The notes below the pieces were generated by a model. It saw only the letters and a list, made by a program, of their open reading frames with translations. It made no database searches and was not told where the DNA came from. A stretch of DNA of 61,862 bases. Origin: a virus (lineage: Duplodnaviria; Caudoviricetes). The translations under genes and the position numbers were made by a program. The DNA lies in IMG/VR virus record IMGVR_UViG_3300033141_002737, positions 1-61,862 of that record. The stretch is one strand, 5' to 3'. Shown one piece after another: positions 53,565 to 61,862 of this stretch (positions within the stretch are counted from its first letter, which is position 1; each line of letters begins with the position of its first letter).

Positions 53565-54530
53565 ATGAATTTAGCAGAATTAAAGCAAAAATTAATAAAT
53601 AATAATTTAGATTCATTATATATATTTTTTGGAGAAGAAATTGGAATAATGGATAAATATATAGAAAGTATTAAGAAAAAATCTAATAAGCATATAATAA
53701 GAATAGAGTCTTTGAAAGAATTATTATTAAAATTAAATATGAAATCTCTATTAAATTCTGAAAATATATATATATTAAAAGAAGATAAAAATCTACTTAA
53801 AAATGAGGAATTGATAAATAAATTACAGGATTTAATATTAAAATCCTCAGGTGCGCATATTGTTATTTTAGTTTATTCTAAATTAGATAAGCGTGGAAAG
53901 TTCTATAGGAAAACTAAGGATTTTAGTATAGAATTTGAAAAATTAAATACAAATCAATTGATAAATTATGTTTTGAAGGAATTAGGGCTAAGACGTGAAT
54001 ATTCAGAGGAATTAATTGAATATTGTGATAATAATTATAATAGATTAATGTTTGAAATAGATAAATTAAAATGTTTAGCTAAGGCGTATAAAATTAAAAA
54101 TGAAGAAGCTTTTTTAGAAGGAATGAAAAGTGGATTAATTTCTAAAAGTCCTAAATCATTAATCTTTAATTTCATAGATGCAGTATTAAAGCGGGATATG
54201 GAATTAAGTTTTAAATTATTTCAAGACTTAAAAAATTTAAAAACAAGTGAGATGTTAATCTTAAGTTTATTATATACTAATTTTCGTAATGTTTTATTAA
54301 TACAAGGAAGTGAAAAACCTACTCAGGAATTTACAGGACTTACAAACTCTCAAATATATATGATAAAAGAAAAGGTAGGTTATTATTATATAGAGGAGCT
54401 GATTAAAATTTTAGGAATAATTCAAAAAGTAGAATCCGGGATTAAGACGGGTAAAATAGATTCTGAGATTGCTATCGAATATAGTTTATTAAAGATAATA
54501 AGAGAAGAGGATAAAAATGGAGATAATTAA
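53565..54530 (+). CDS. holA: clamp loader delta-like subunit
   Basis: LYIFFGEE, KLDKRGKF, EIDKL, IFNFIDA, IKTG; ATG at 53565 follows GAAGGA. Confidence 0.85.
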   Translation: MNLAELKQKLINNNLDSLYIFFGEEIGIMDKYIESIKKKSNKHIIRIESLKELLLKLNMKSLLNSENIYILKEDKNLLKNEELINKLQDLILKSSGAHIVILVYSKLDKRGKFYRKTKDFSIEFEKLNTNQLINYVLKELGLRREYSEELIEYCDNNYNRLMFEIDKLKCLAKAYKIKNEEAFLEGMKSGLISKSPKSLIFNFIDAVLKRDMELSFKLFQDLKNLKTSEMLILSLLYTNFRNVLLIQGSEKPTQEFTGLTNSQIYMIKEKVGYYYIEELIKILGIIQKVESGIKTGKIDSEIAIEYSLLKIIREEDKNGDN

Positions 54531-54682
54531 TGTTTGAGAGGTGCAGAAGATGTAATAGAGTATTAAAAAATCCTATTTATCGAAATTTAGGATATGGAAA
54601 GGTTTGCTTTAATAAATTAAATAAAATTAAAAAACCTATCTTATTTAGTATAAGAAAAGGAGTTAAAAATGAAAGAGTGTAA
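54530..54682 (+). CDS. small zinc-finger protein (DUF6011-like)
   Basis: Hand translation: CRRCNRVLKNP...GYGKVC. Confidence 0.65.
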   Translation: MFERCRRCNRVLKNPIYRNLGYGKVCFNKLNKIKKPILFSIRKGVKNERV

Positions 54683-55097
54683 AATTAAAATTTTAAAAGG
54701 CTTAGATAATATAAAGCAAAGTTATGAAGATCCTGCTTGTTTTGATATATTAGCTAATCTAGATATTCCTTATGTAATACCGCCAAAGAGTAGGCTCGTA
54801 ATTCCCACAGGAATTTACACTAAAATAGAATTCGGGTATTATGTAGAAATATTAAGTAAGAGTGGATTAAGTATTAAATATGGAATTGAGAAAGGAGCAG
54901 GTGTTATAGATAGTGATTATATAGGAGAATGGAAAGTTATATTGTATAATCATGGAGATGTTTTTATGACGGTATTAGATAAAACTAAAATTGCTCAGGC
55001 TACTATAAGAGAAAAAATTAAGCCTATATTTATTCAAGTAAATGAATTAGAGAAAACTAAACGAGGAAATAAAGGATTTGGAAGTAGTGGACAATAG
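54669..55097 (+). CDS. dut: trimeric dUTPase
   Basis: IPTGI, KSGLS, GVIDSDYIGE, KIAQ, RGNKGFGSSG. Confidence 0.93.
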   Translation: MKECKIKILKGLDNIKQSYEDPACFDILANLDIPYVIPPKSRLVIPTGIYTKIEFGYYVEILSKSGLSIKYGIEKGAGVIDSDYIGEWKVILYNHGDVFMTVLDKTKIAQATIREKIKPIFIQVNELEKTKRGNKGFGSSGQ

Positions 55098-55113
55098 ATT
55101 AGAGGATTAAATT

Positions 55114-57111
55114 ATGAATTTGGAAAATAATAATATACCCATTATGTATTTAAAATCTCAATCATATAATGTAGATTTTGTAAATTTAATGGAGCAGCTA
55201 TATACACGTTATGGAAAGACTTTATTTGATCTTAGCGGTATTGGATGGCAGCTTGATTTTAATAAAATGTCTAAAGAGTTTTTTACGGATAAATCAATAG
55301 ATAGTAGTGTAGATTCTAATGCTAATGCTATAGATGAATCAGTTATAGCCCACAGAATTGAAGTAACTAAACCAGCTCAACTTTTAAATTCTTATTATAG
55401 ATTATGGAAGGAATTAAAGAAATTAAGTAGTTTAGAGTTAGCTAATCATATAATCACAGATCAATTAACCGGACGGATATATGTAAATGATCTTGTAGGA
55501 TTTTCTAGTTCGATGCCCTATTGTTTTAATTATTCTGCTTATGATACAGCTTTGATGGGAATTCCTCCTATATTAGATGGAAGAGGTGGAAGTAAACCTC
55601 CTAAACATTTAGAAGCATTTTTAGGACAAATATTATTGTTCTCTTTAATAGCTGGAAATTCTACTTTAGGTGCTACAGGATTAGCAGATTTATTAATTGT
55701 GGCATCTATTTATATGGATAAGATATTGCAGACTGGTATGGATACTAAGGTTAAACTAATAGAAGATGAAGATAATTATTGGCAATATTTTGAATCAAAA
55801 TTCACAAGATTTATTTATGAGTTGAATCAACCTTATAGAGGTTCTCAAAGTTTATTTACTAATATTTCAGTTTATGATGATAATTTTTTAGATGAGATGA
55901 TAGATAATTATAAATTAATAATAGATGATAAAGAATATAAAGCTAAGAAACATATAGTTAAGAAAGTTCAAGAAATTTATTTAAAAATAATGGAGGAGGA
56001 ATTAAAGAGAAAACCTCTAACATTTCCAATCCCTTCAGCTTGTTTTAGTATAGATGATGAAAATAATATATTAGATAATCGATTTTTAGATGTAATAGCT
56101 AAATTTAATTTAAAGTTTGGATTTATTAATATATATGCTGGAAAGAGTAGCACTTTATCTTCTTGCTGTAGATTAAGGAGTGACACTACTAATGAATATT
56201 TCAATAGTTTTGGAGCGGGTAAAACTAAGATAGGTTCTTTAGGAGTATGCACCGGAAATTTACCTCAATTAGTTAAGAAAAGCCGAGTGATAACTTTATT
56301 AGATAATGATGTACCATTTAAGGATTTAGAGGCAAAATCTCAAGATACATTTTTAGTTGAATTAAAGCAGCTTGTTAAAGATTGTCAAGAGGTTAATAGA
56401 GCTAAAAGAAATATTATTGAACGAACTATAAATAATGGAAATCATCCTTTGTATTCTTTAGGGTATATGAGTTTAAAGCATCAATATTCTACCTTTGGTA
56501 TTGTAGGTCTATATGAGGCTTTAGAGCTCTTAGGATTGGATATACTAACTACTAAAGGTCAAACTTATGTATTAAGTATGTTAAGGGTTATTAATAACGT
56601 TAATAAAGAGCTTGAGGGGATGTATAAAGTTCCGCATAATTGTGAGCAAATACCTGCGGAAAATACTGCAATTAAATTAGCTCAAAAAGATAAATATTTA
56701 GGATATAATAATGAATATGAATTATACTCTAATCAATTCGTTCCTCTAACAAAAAATATAGATATGTTAGATAGAATTAAAATACAAGGATTATTGGATA
56801 AGTATTTCTCTGGAGGATCTATATGTCATATAAATATGGATCAAGAAATCACAGAAATAGATAAGATGAAAAAATTAATAAAACATAGTATTAAGAAGGG
56901 TGTAATATATTCAGCAATTAATTATGTAATACAGGAATGTGAGAAAGGACACTTTACTGTGGGTAATGTAAATGAATGCAATATATGTGGAAGTAAAATA
57001 GTGGAAAAATTTACGAGAGTAGTAGGATTTTTAACTAAAATTAGTAAATGGAATAAGGTAAGAAAGAATTATGAATTTAAAAATCGACAATTTTATAAGG
57101 AGTTGAAATGA
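55114..57111 (+). CDS. nrdD: anaerobic (class III) ribonucleotide reductase
   Basis: PYCF, SCCRL, EQIPAE, SGGSICH, CxxGH...CxxC, TRVVGF glycyl-radical motif. Confidence 0.93.
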   Translation: MNLENNNIPIMYLKSQSYNVDFVNLMEQLYTRYGKTLFDLSGIGWQLDFNKMSKEFFTDKSIDSSVDSNANAIDESVIAHRIEVTKPAQLLNSYYRLWKELKKLSSLELANHIITDQLTGRIYVNDLVGFSSSMPYCFNYSAYDTALMGIPPILDGRGGSKPPKHLEAFLGQILLFSLIAGNSTLGATGLADLLIVASIYMDKILQTGMDTKVKLIEDEDNYWQYFESKFTRFIYELNQPYRGSQSLFTNISVYDDNFLDEMIDNYKLIIDDKEYKAKKHIVKKVQEIYLKIMEEELKRKPLTFPIPSACFSIDDENNILDNRFLDVIAKFNLKFGFINIYAGKSSTLSSCCRLRSDTTNEYFNSFGAGKTKIGSLGVCTGNLPQLVKKSRVITLLDNDVPFKDLEAKSQDTFLVELKQLVKDCQEVNRAKRNIIERTINNGNHPLYSLGYMSLKHQYSTFGIVGLYEALELLGLDILTTKGQTYVLSMLRVINNVNKELEGMYKVPHNCEQIPAENTAIKLAQKDKYLGYNNEYELYSNQFVPLTKNIDMLDRIKIQGLLDKYFSGGSICHINMDQEITEIDKMKKLIKHSIKKGVIYSAINYVIQECEKGHFTVGNVNECNICGSKIVEKFTRVVGFLTKISKWNKVRKNYEFKNRQFYKELK

Positions 57112-57569
57112 GAATTACGAAATTAGATTATTCAATTGAAACTCTCTCTTTAGATATATATATATCAGGATGTAAAGAGCCTCATTGTGAAGGATGCCAT
57201 AATCCAGAATTATGGGACTTTAGTGTAGGAGAATTATATACTCAGGATTATTGTGATAATATAATTAAAAAAATTAAAGAACATCCTTTATTAATCGATA
57301 GAATTTTAATTATGGGTGGTGAACCCTTAGATCAGGATAATATAAAGTTAAGGCATTTATTAAGAAGTCTTAGCTTAAATACAGAGCCGGATATTTATTT
57401 ATTTACAAGATACGAATTAAAGGATATCCAGCCAAATATAAGTATCTACACAGATTTTATAAAATGTAGTAAATACAGTATAAAAGAAAAAACAGATAAT
57501 AATATTCAATTTAGAATTAAATTAGCAAGTATGAACCAGACTATATATAGAAAAGGAGTTGACTATTGA
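57108..57569 (+). CDS. nrdG: NrdD activase (radical SAM)
   Basis: GCKEPHCEGCHNPELW, MGGEPLDQ. Confidence 0.9.
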   Translation: MRITKLDYSIETLSLDIYISGCKEPHCEGCHNPELWDFSVGELYTQDYCDNIIKKIKEHPLLIDRILIMGGEPLDQDNIKLRHLLRSLSLNTEPDIYLFTRYELKDIQPNISIYTDFIKCSKYSIKEKTDNNIQFRIKLASMNQTIYRKGVDY

Positions 57570-57728
57570 GTTATAAATATAATAATACTTTATTAAAAGG
57601 TGCATTCGAGGAAAGAACTAATAAATATATTAGATATCTTGAACATATGATTGCTAAATTAAGTAGAGAAAAGACAGAATCTAAAATGGAATTAATTAAT
57701 TTAAAATTAAAATTAAGGAGTTTAAGTA

Positions 57729-58451
57729 ATGGTTAAATTAATATGTTTATTAGGAGTTATAGGAAGCGGTAAAACATATAGAGCAGAAAAATTAGTTAAA
57801 GAGGAAGGATTTATTCATATTAATTTTGCGGATGAACTTAGAGAAATATCTTGGGAGATTTTAAAATGGAGACCCAAAAATGAGCAAGAATATGAGGACT
57901 TTAAGAATGGTTTAATATATATTTCTTCAATGGATGGTCGTGTAAATGGAAGGCAATTCCTTCAAAATTTAGGTATGAGTATAAGAAAGAGATATCCTAA
58001 TTTTTTTACTGAGTGTTGGAGGGCTAAAGCTATTCATATACTGGAAACAGATACAAGCGTAGTATGTTCAGATTTGAGGTTTATTAATGAATTAGAGTAT
58101 GTATTAGATATACAATGTTCAAATATAAATTATTGTAGTTTAAATAAGGAATTTATTTTTTGTGATTATAGAAGTAATAGATATAAAGCTAATGATAACC
58201 ATGAATCGGAAAGATTAGCTCAAGGAATTTTAATCGATGGATATAAAGATGGGGATAGATTATATTATAATTATTTTAAAAACTATAAGAAAGAAAGGAG
58301 ATTAAATAAAATGGCAAGAGTATTGATTAGTTTACCTGAGGTGTTATTAAAAAAGATTGATGAAATAGTTAAAAAGGATTATGGAATTAGATCTGAATTT
58401 ATTAGACAAGCATGTCGAGAATTTATCGCGAGATATAAGAAAGAGAGTTAG
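57729..58451 (+). CDS. deoxynucleoside monophosphate kinase reading in frame into a ribbon-helix-helix domain
   Basis: GVIGSGKT, FADELR, RQFLQNLG, SDLRF.NE, HESE; last 46 aa are RHH-like. Confidence 0.8.
   Translation: MVKLICLLGVIGSGKTYRAEKLVKEEGFIHINFADELREISWEILKWRPKNEQEYEDFKNGLIYISSMDGRVNGRQFLQNLGMSIRKRYPNFFTECWRAKAIHILETDTSVVCSDLRFINELEYVLDIQCSNINYCSLNKEFIFCDYRSNRYKANDNHESERLAQGILIDGYKDGDRLYYNYFKNYKKERRLNKMARVLISLPEVLLKKIDEIVKKDYGIRSEFIRQACREFIARYKKES
58311..58451 (+). CDS. CopG/NikR-like ribbon-helix-helix protein (internal start)
   Basis: AAAGGAG RBS then MARVLISLPEVLLKKIDE...RSEFIRQACREF. Confidence 0.75.
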   Translation: MARVLISLPEVLLKKIDEIVKKDYGIRSEFIRQACREFIARYKKES

Positions 58452-58464
58452 AAAGAGGTAATAA

Positions 58465-58728
58465 GTGATCTTAAGGTACAAAGTTAATGAAAGTACGGTC
58501 GAAGCGGCATGGTTAAAAACTATTTATGATTTAATTGATGAGTTAAATTGTAAGTGTGATACTTTTCTTGAAGAAACACATAATGTCTCTTTTAAAATAT
58601 ATTGTAGAACCAGAATTATAGAAATTAGTGGATCTGATACAATAGTTAGTTATTTGTGGTTAAGAATGGTAAGATATGAATATCAAATTAATAAAATGAG
58701 AGCATTAATAGTGGATAAAGGAGTATAA
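58465..58728 (+). CDS. hypothetical protein
   Basis: ORF track; GAGGT RBS. Confidence 0.55.
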   Translation: MILRYKVNESTVEAAWLKTIYDLIDELNCKCDTFLEETHNVSFKIYCRTRIIEISGSDTIVSYLWLRMVRYEYQINKMRALIVDKGV

Positions 58729-58729
58729 A

Positions 58730-59341
58730 ATGAGGATAATTAAGCCTAATATTGAAATATTGACTGTAATAGATAGAGAACAAATTTTAAAGCATATTGA
58801 AAGATGTGGAAGAGTTTGTTATAAGTCGGAAGATAAAATAACGGAAAATTCAGCTTCTAAATTCGTAACAGGGATAATTAAAAGAGGACATGAGTCAGTT
58901 ATTGAACATTACTCTATAACTGTTAGGGTTATATGCGATAGAGGAGTATCCCACGAAATAGTAAGACATCGAATAGCAAGTTACAGTCAAGAATCAACGC
59001 GTTATTGTAATTATTCTCAAGATAAATTTGGAAATGAATTAACTTTTATAAGACCTTCTAATTTAAGTACTCAAGAATATATAGCTTGGACCATAGCTAT
59101 AGAGACTTGTGAAGATCAATACCTTAAATTAATTAATTTAGGTACTTCTCCTCAAATTGCTAGATCTGTTCTTCCTAATTCTTTAAAAACTGAAATTGTA
59201 ATGACTATGAATTTACGTGAATGGAGGCATTTCTTTAAATTAAGATGTGCAGAAGCAGCTCATCCACAAATGAGAGAAATAGCTAATATAATTCGTAAAG
59301 AGTTTTTTATAGTATTACCCGAAATATTTAATAAAAATTGA
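58730..59341 (+). CDS. thyX: flavin-dependent thymidylate synthase
   Basis: GHESVIEH, SHEIVRHRIASYSQESTRY, ARSVLP, NLREWRHF. Confidence 0.96.
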   Translation: MRIIKPNIEILTVIDREQILKHIERCGRVCYKSEDKITENSASKFVTGIIKRGHESVIEHYSITVRVICDRGVSHEIVRHRIASYSQESTRYCNYSQDKFGNELTFIRPSNLSTQEYIAWTIAIETCEDQYLKLINLGTSPQIARSVLPNSLKTEIVMTMNLREWRHFFKLRCAEAAHPQMREIANIIRKEFFIVLPEIFNKN

Positions 59342-59365
59342 TAAAAGGAGTGAATTATAATTAAA

Positions 59366-59599
59366 GTGCGCATATATGGAATATACGAAATAGAAGGATG
59401 TAAAGACAAATTTGGTTTAGTTACCCAAATAGAAGGTGATTTTAAAACCAATCGTTTAATTACAGGTTTATTATTTTATGAAGATACTAATGAAATGGAC
59501 TGCATGTTTACCATGAGGGAAAATTATATTACTAAAGATATTGACTATTCTTATACACCTAACACGCATGTTTTAAAATTATATAAAAAGGAGATATAG
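59366..59599 (+). CDS. hypothetical protein
   Basis: ORF track. Confidence 0.5.
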   Translation: MRIYGIYEIEGCKDKFGLVTQIEGDFKTNRLITGLLFYEDTNEMDCMFTMRENYITKDIDYSYTPNTHVLKLYKKEI

Positions 59600-59779
59600 A
59601 TGGAAATTAAATTAGATTTAGAAAGCGCATTTGTGCCTGTAATTATTAGGTTGGAATCACAGGCAGAGGTATATCAGTTAAAGCATTGCCTAAACCATTA
59701 TAAACCTAATGCTGGTAATCAGGAGCGTCCTGTAGAGGAATTTAGACAAAATTTTATCATGAAGTTGAAAAAATTTTAA
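59600..59779 (+). CDS. small hypothetical protein (59 aa, MEIKLDLESAFVPVIIRLESQAEV...)
   Basis: Hand translation; AAAAGGAG RBS. Confidence 0.6.
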   Translation: MEIKLDLESAFVPVIIRLESQAEVYQLKHCLNHYKPNAGNQERPVEEFRQNFIMKLKKF

Positions 59780-59798
59780 TAATATAACAAATTAAGGG

Positions 59799-59827
59799 TT
59801 GTTTTATTTATGTTAATACTGTATAAT
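59799..59827 (+). promoter_or_regulatory. possible sigma70-type promoter
   Basis: TTGTTT-17bp-TATAAT. Confidence 0.5.
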
Positions 59828-59897
59828 AAATATAATACCTCTAATAACAGTATTCGCGTTTTTACAAGTAAGTCGATATTGCGAGGGAGGATAAATA

Positions 59898-60356
59898 TTG
59901 GGGATTAGATGTAGCCATAAAAGACGAATATATAAAATTGAAAAATTATATCCTACAAAGGAATTCGAGGAGCGATTAGTTTTTCAAAGTAAGTGTGAAT
60001 ATTGCGATGAATATGTATTAAAATTAGTTTTTTATAGAGAAGATGATAGTAAGTGGACTCAAAAATATATTAAGGATAAAGCTAAAGAAAAATATTTAGC
60101 TCTAAAGCCTGAGATAATGTGTATCTATAATGCTGATTTACATCCTGAATTAGATATAGGTGTAAATTATTTTGATGGAGCTAATTATACAGTAAGGAAA
60201 TTACATAATTCAGCAATAGTTGAACATTATATATCACCAGATATGATATATAATATTCAACTTATGCTAATGATAAAATTAATAAGTAAGAAATTTAAAC
60301 AAGCTAAACAATTTATTGAAATAGCTTATTTAGTTCTATTTTTAAAGTTTCAATAG
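59898..60356 (+). CDS. hypothetical Zn-binding protein (possible late regulator)
   Basis: GGGAGG RBS with TTG start; CSH...CEYC; lies at the end of the early region. Confidence 0.55.
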   Translation: MGIRCSHKRRIYKIEKLYPTKEFEERLVFQSKCEYCDEYVLKLVFYREDDSKWTQKYIKDKAKEKYLALKPEIMCIYNADLHPELDIGVNYFDGANYTVRKLHNSAIVEHYISPDMIYNIQLMLMIKLISKKFKQAKQFIEIAYLVLFLKFQ

Positions 60357-60537
60357 TATTTAAAGCATTTTCATATAATGTTTTGTAATTAACCGTAGAT
60401 TTAGAGAGTTCTATTTGGTATCTAATCCAAGCAGAACCACCTAATGTACTAAATAATTTTCTTTGATCTTTAAATATGTTAATAGTTACTTGGACTGTTT
60501 CTTTTAATTTAGGTCTACCGATTTTATTATTTTCCAT
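60313..60537 (-). CDS. ribbon-helix-helix-like DNA-binding protein
   Basis: GRPK...VQVTINI...Q...LGGSAWIR..IE. Confidence 0.6.
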   Translation of the reverse strand: MENNKIGRPKLKETVQVTINIFKDQRKLFSTLGGSAWIRYQIELSKSTVNYKTLYENALNTIETLKIELNKLFQ

Positions 60538-60540
60538 TAA

Positions 60541-60717
60541 TTAACTCCTTAATTTATTAAGTAATTCAGTAAATTCAGGACTTTTGTGCAATCCTAATCT
60601 TGAGGCTTCTTTAGCTACAAGAGCACAAAGTAGCATATCTTTAGTGGTTTGAGAATGTATAATAGCTTCTTCATTTATTATATCTCTACATTGATCAATT
60701 AAATTATTTAATTTCAT
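60541..60717 (-). CDS. small hypothetical protein (58 aa, MKLNNLIDQCRDII...)
   Basis: Hand translation; AAGGAG RBS. Confidence 0.55.
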   Translation of the reverse strand: MKLNNLIDQCRDIINEEAIIHSQTTKDMLLCALVAKEASRLGLHKSPEFTELLNKLRS

Positions 60718-60997
60718 CCATATACTCCTTTATTAATTTATTGTATAAATAGACTACAAATTTTAGATGATTTTCGGAAGAACTTGAGATAGTTATATTT
60801 AGCTTAGTATATTCTGTATATGTTCGATCTATTATAGTACATTTATTATCTAATATAATTGCTGTAAATTCCGCTATAAGAGGGCTAGGAACACTAAAAA
60901 ATGTTTTATCTTTATTAAGCATTGTCGATATACATCTACAATTAAAATCTTGCATATTTTTATGCTCCTTAACTATAATTTTCTTGTAGAGCTTCAT
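60704..60997 (-). CDS. hypothetical protein
   Basis: ORF track. Confidence 0.55.
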   Translation of the reverse strand: MKLYKKIIVKEHKNMQDFNCRCISTMLNKDKTFFSVPSPLIAEFTAIILDNKCTIIDRTYTEYTKLNITISSSSENHLKFVVYLYNKLIKEYMDEIK

Positions 60998-61190
60998 AAC
61001 TCATTTGATTAGCGTGTTTATTATAGTGTTGAATTTTTTCTTCAAGATTTATCATTTGAGATTGTTGTTTTAAAGTGTAAGTATAAGATCCTAATATAAG
61101 AGAATCTTTAAATTCAGGATGTTCAATTTTCCAATCTTTATCTAGTTTCCTTAATTTACTTAATTTAGATCTCATTGAAGAAATTTTCAT
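60969..61190 (-). CDS. first gene of an antisense cassette, hypothetical
   Basis: ORF track; AAAGGA RBS behind promoter copy 8. Confidence 0.65.
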   Translation of the reverse strand: MKISSMRSKLSKLRKLDKDWKIEHPEFKDSLILGSYTYTLKQQSQMINLEEKIQHYNKHANQMSYEALQENYS

Positions 61191-61219
61191 TTGGGTTCCT
61201 TTATTTAAATTATACTTTA

Positions 61220-61271
61220 ATTATATATTATAAAACTATATTTTACAAGTGTTTTATTAAGATTTATTAAG
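61220..61271 (-). promoter_or_regulatory. repeated early promoter element, copy 8
   Basis: TTGTAA 61248-61243, 17 bp, TATAAT 61225-61220. Confidence 0.85.
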
Positions 61272-61302
61272 ATGAGTTTTAAAAAATTCGCGAGGAATAG
61301 AA

Positions 61303-61542
61303 TTGAACTTAAAGTTTATAGATAGATTTAAAAAATTATTGCTATGTATATTAGGATTACATAAATGGATTTTAGTATATTCTAATAAGTATAAAGAATC
61401 TAGATATTGTGTTAATTGTAAGATTATTGAATCTAGTATGTACGATATGGCTTATGGGGGTACTTATTGGACTAGAGGAAATTTATGGATAAATAAGATA
61501 AAAAATTTCGTGGATGAAATAGAAAGGATATTGTTAATATAA
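61303..61542 (+). CDS. small C/H zinc-binding protein (DUF1660-like)
   Basis: LLCILGLHKW...RYCVNC. Confidence 0.6.
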   Translation: MNLKFIDRFKKLLLCILGLHKWILVYSNKYKESRYCVNCKIIESSMYDMAYGGTYWTRGNLWINKIKNFVDEIERILLI

Positions 61543-61862
61543 TGGCATCAAATACTAAACTAACATATACATTAATAACAAAGTTTGTAAATCTAATCAA
61601 GAAAGGTATCAATAAGAAAGAAGCTTGTAAAGCCTGTGGTATAAGTGAATTTATCTTTTATGAGTGGTTAAAGGATGCTAAACTGATAGAATCCTATCTA
61701 GAAAAGGGTAATAAGTTAGAAGAGTATCTTGAAATAGATGTTTCAGGTTCTATAGTAATAGTTAATTATAGTAAAAGAAAGCATAAATTATATAAGTTAA
61801 TCACTAATGCAGAAGCTGAATATATAGGTAAAGTGTATAAGGTAGTGGATGATTCGGCTTTA
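61542..61862 (+). CDS. terS: terminase small subunit, 5' part (continues at 1..372)
   Basis: TAATG overlap; MASNTKLT...EACKACGISEFIFYEWLK HTH; open through the junction. Confidence 0.75.
   Translation, partial: MASNTKLTYTLITKFVNLIKKGINKKEACKACGISEFIFYEWLKDAKLIESYLEKGNKLEEYLEIDVSGSIVIVNYSKRKHKLYKLITNAEAEYIGKVYKVVDDSAL
61749..61862. repeat. 114-bp terminal direct repeat, copy 2
   Basis: Identical to 1-114. Confidence 0.97.

Noticed and set aside
10540-59451. Minus-strand ORFs nested inside long genes (e.g. 10540, 13175, 14617, 15790, 16823, 20508, 25840, 26958, 28095, 32977, 33712, 37360, 37746, 39924, 47391, 52030, 55977, 59260)
   Set aside because: Antisense shadows of well-supported genes, without the repeated promoter or a convincing RBS
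2905-61271. Repeated element as a CRISPR array, IS ends or integron attC sites
   Set aside because: Copies are dispersed, non-palindromic and match -35/-10 promoter geometry; no spacers, transposase or integrase are present

Overview
This window is a complete, circularly permuted, very AT-rich tailed phage genome of 61,748 bp. Bases 1-114 repeat exactly at 61749-61862, and a terminase small subunit gene runs across the junction. The left half (about 4.8-29.4 kb) is the virion module: TerL, a Mu-like head (portal, gpF, gpG, protease/scaffold, cement, capsid, gp36/gp37) and a siphovirus tail. The right half (29.5-59.8 kb) is an unusually complete replication and nucleotide module: initiator, DnaC, DnaB, DnaG, SSB, PolA, DnaN, DnaX/HolB/HolA, RecA, RecU, a Cas4-like nuclease, Dut, NrdDG, dNMP kinase and ThyX. 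A dpdA-queC-queD-queE-folE 7-deazaguanine DNA-modification cluster sits between polA and dnaN. I could not recognise an integrase, transposase, tRNA, CRISPR array or endolysin. The most striking unexplained structure is a 52-bp promoter element present eight times (CTTAATA-n3-CTTAATAAAACAC-TTGTAA-17bp-TATAAT). Six copies drive antisense cassettes of small unrelated genes wedged between late genes that are normally adjacent. Two of these cassettes supply the ribosome-binding site of the late gene they interrupt, and at least one carries a one-way terminator. Other candidates are a promoter-and-terminator-bounded sRNA antisense to a cassette RBS, a mini-TPR protein, a sliding clamp ending in an SSB-type tail, a PLP aminotransferase in the replication operon and a Maf-like transferase in the tail operon. 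All product calls come from motif recognition by eye; no database searches were run.
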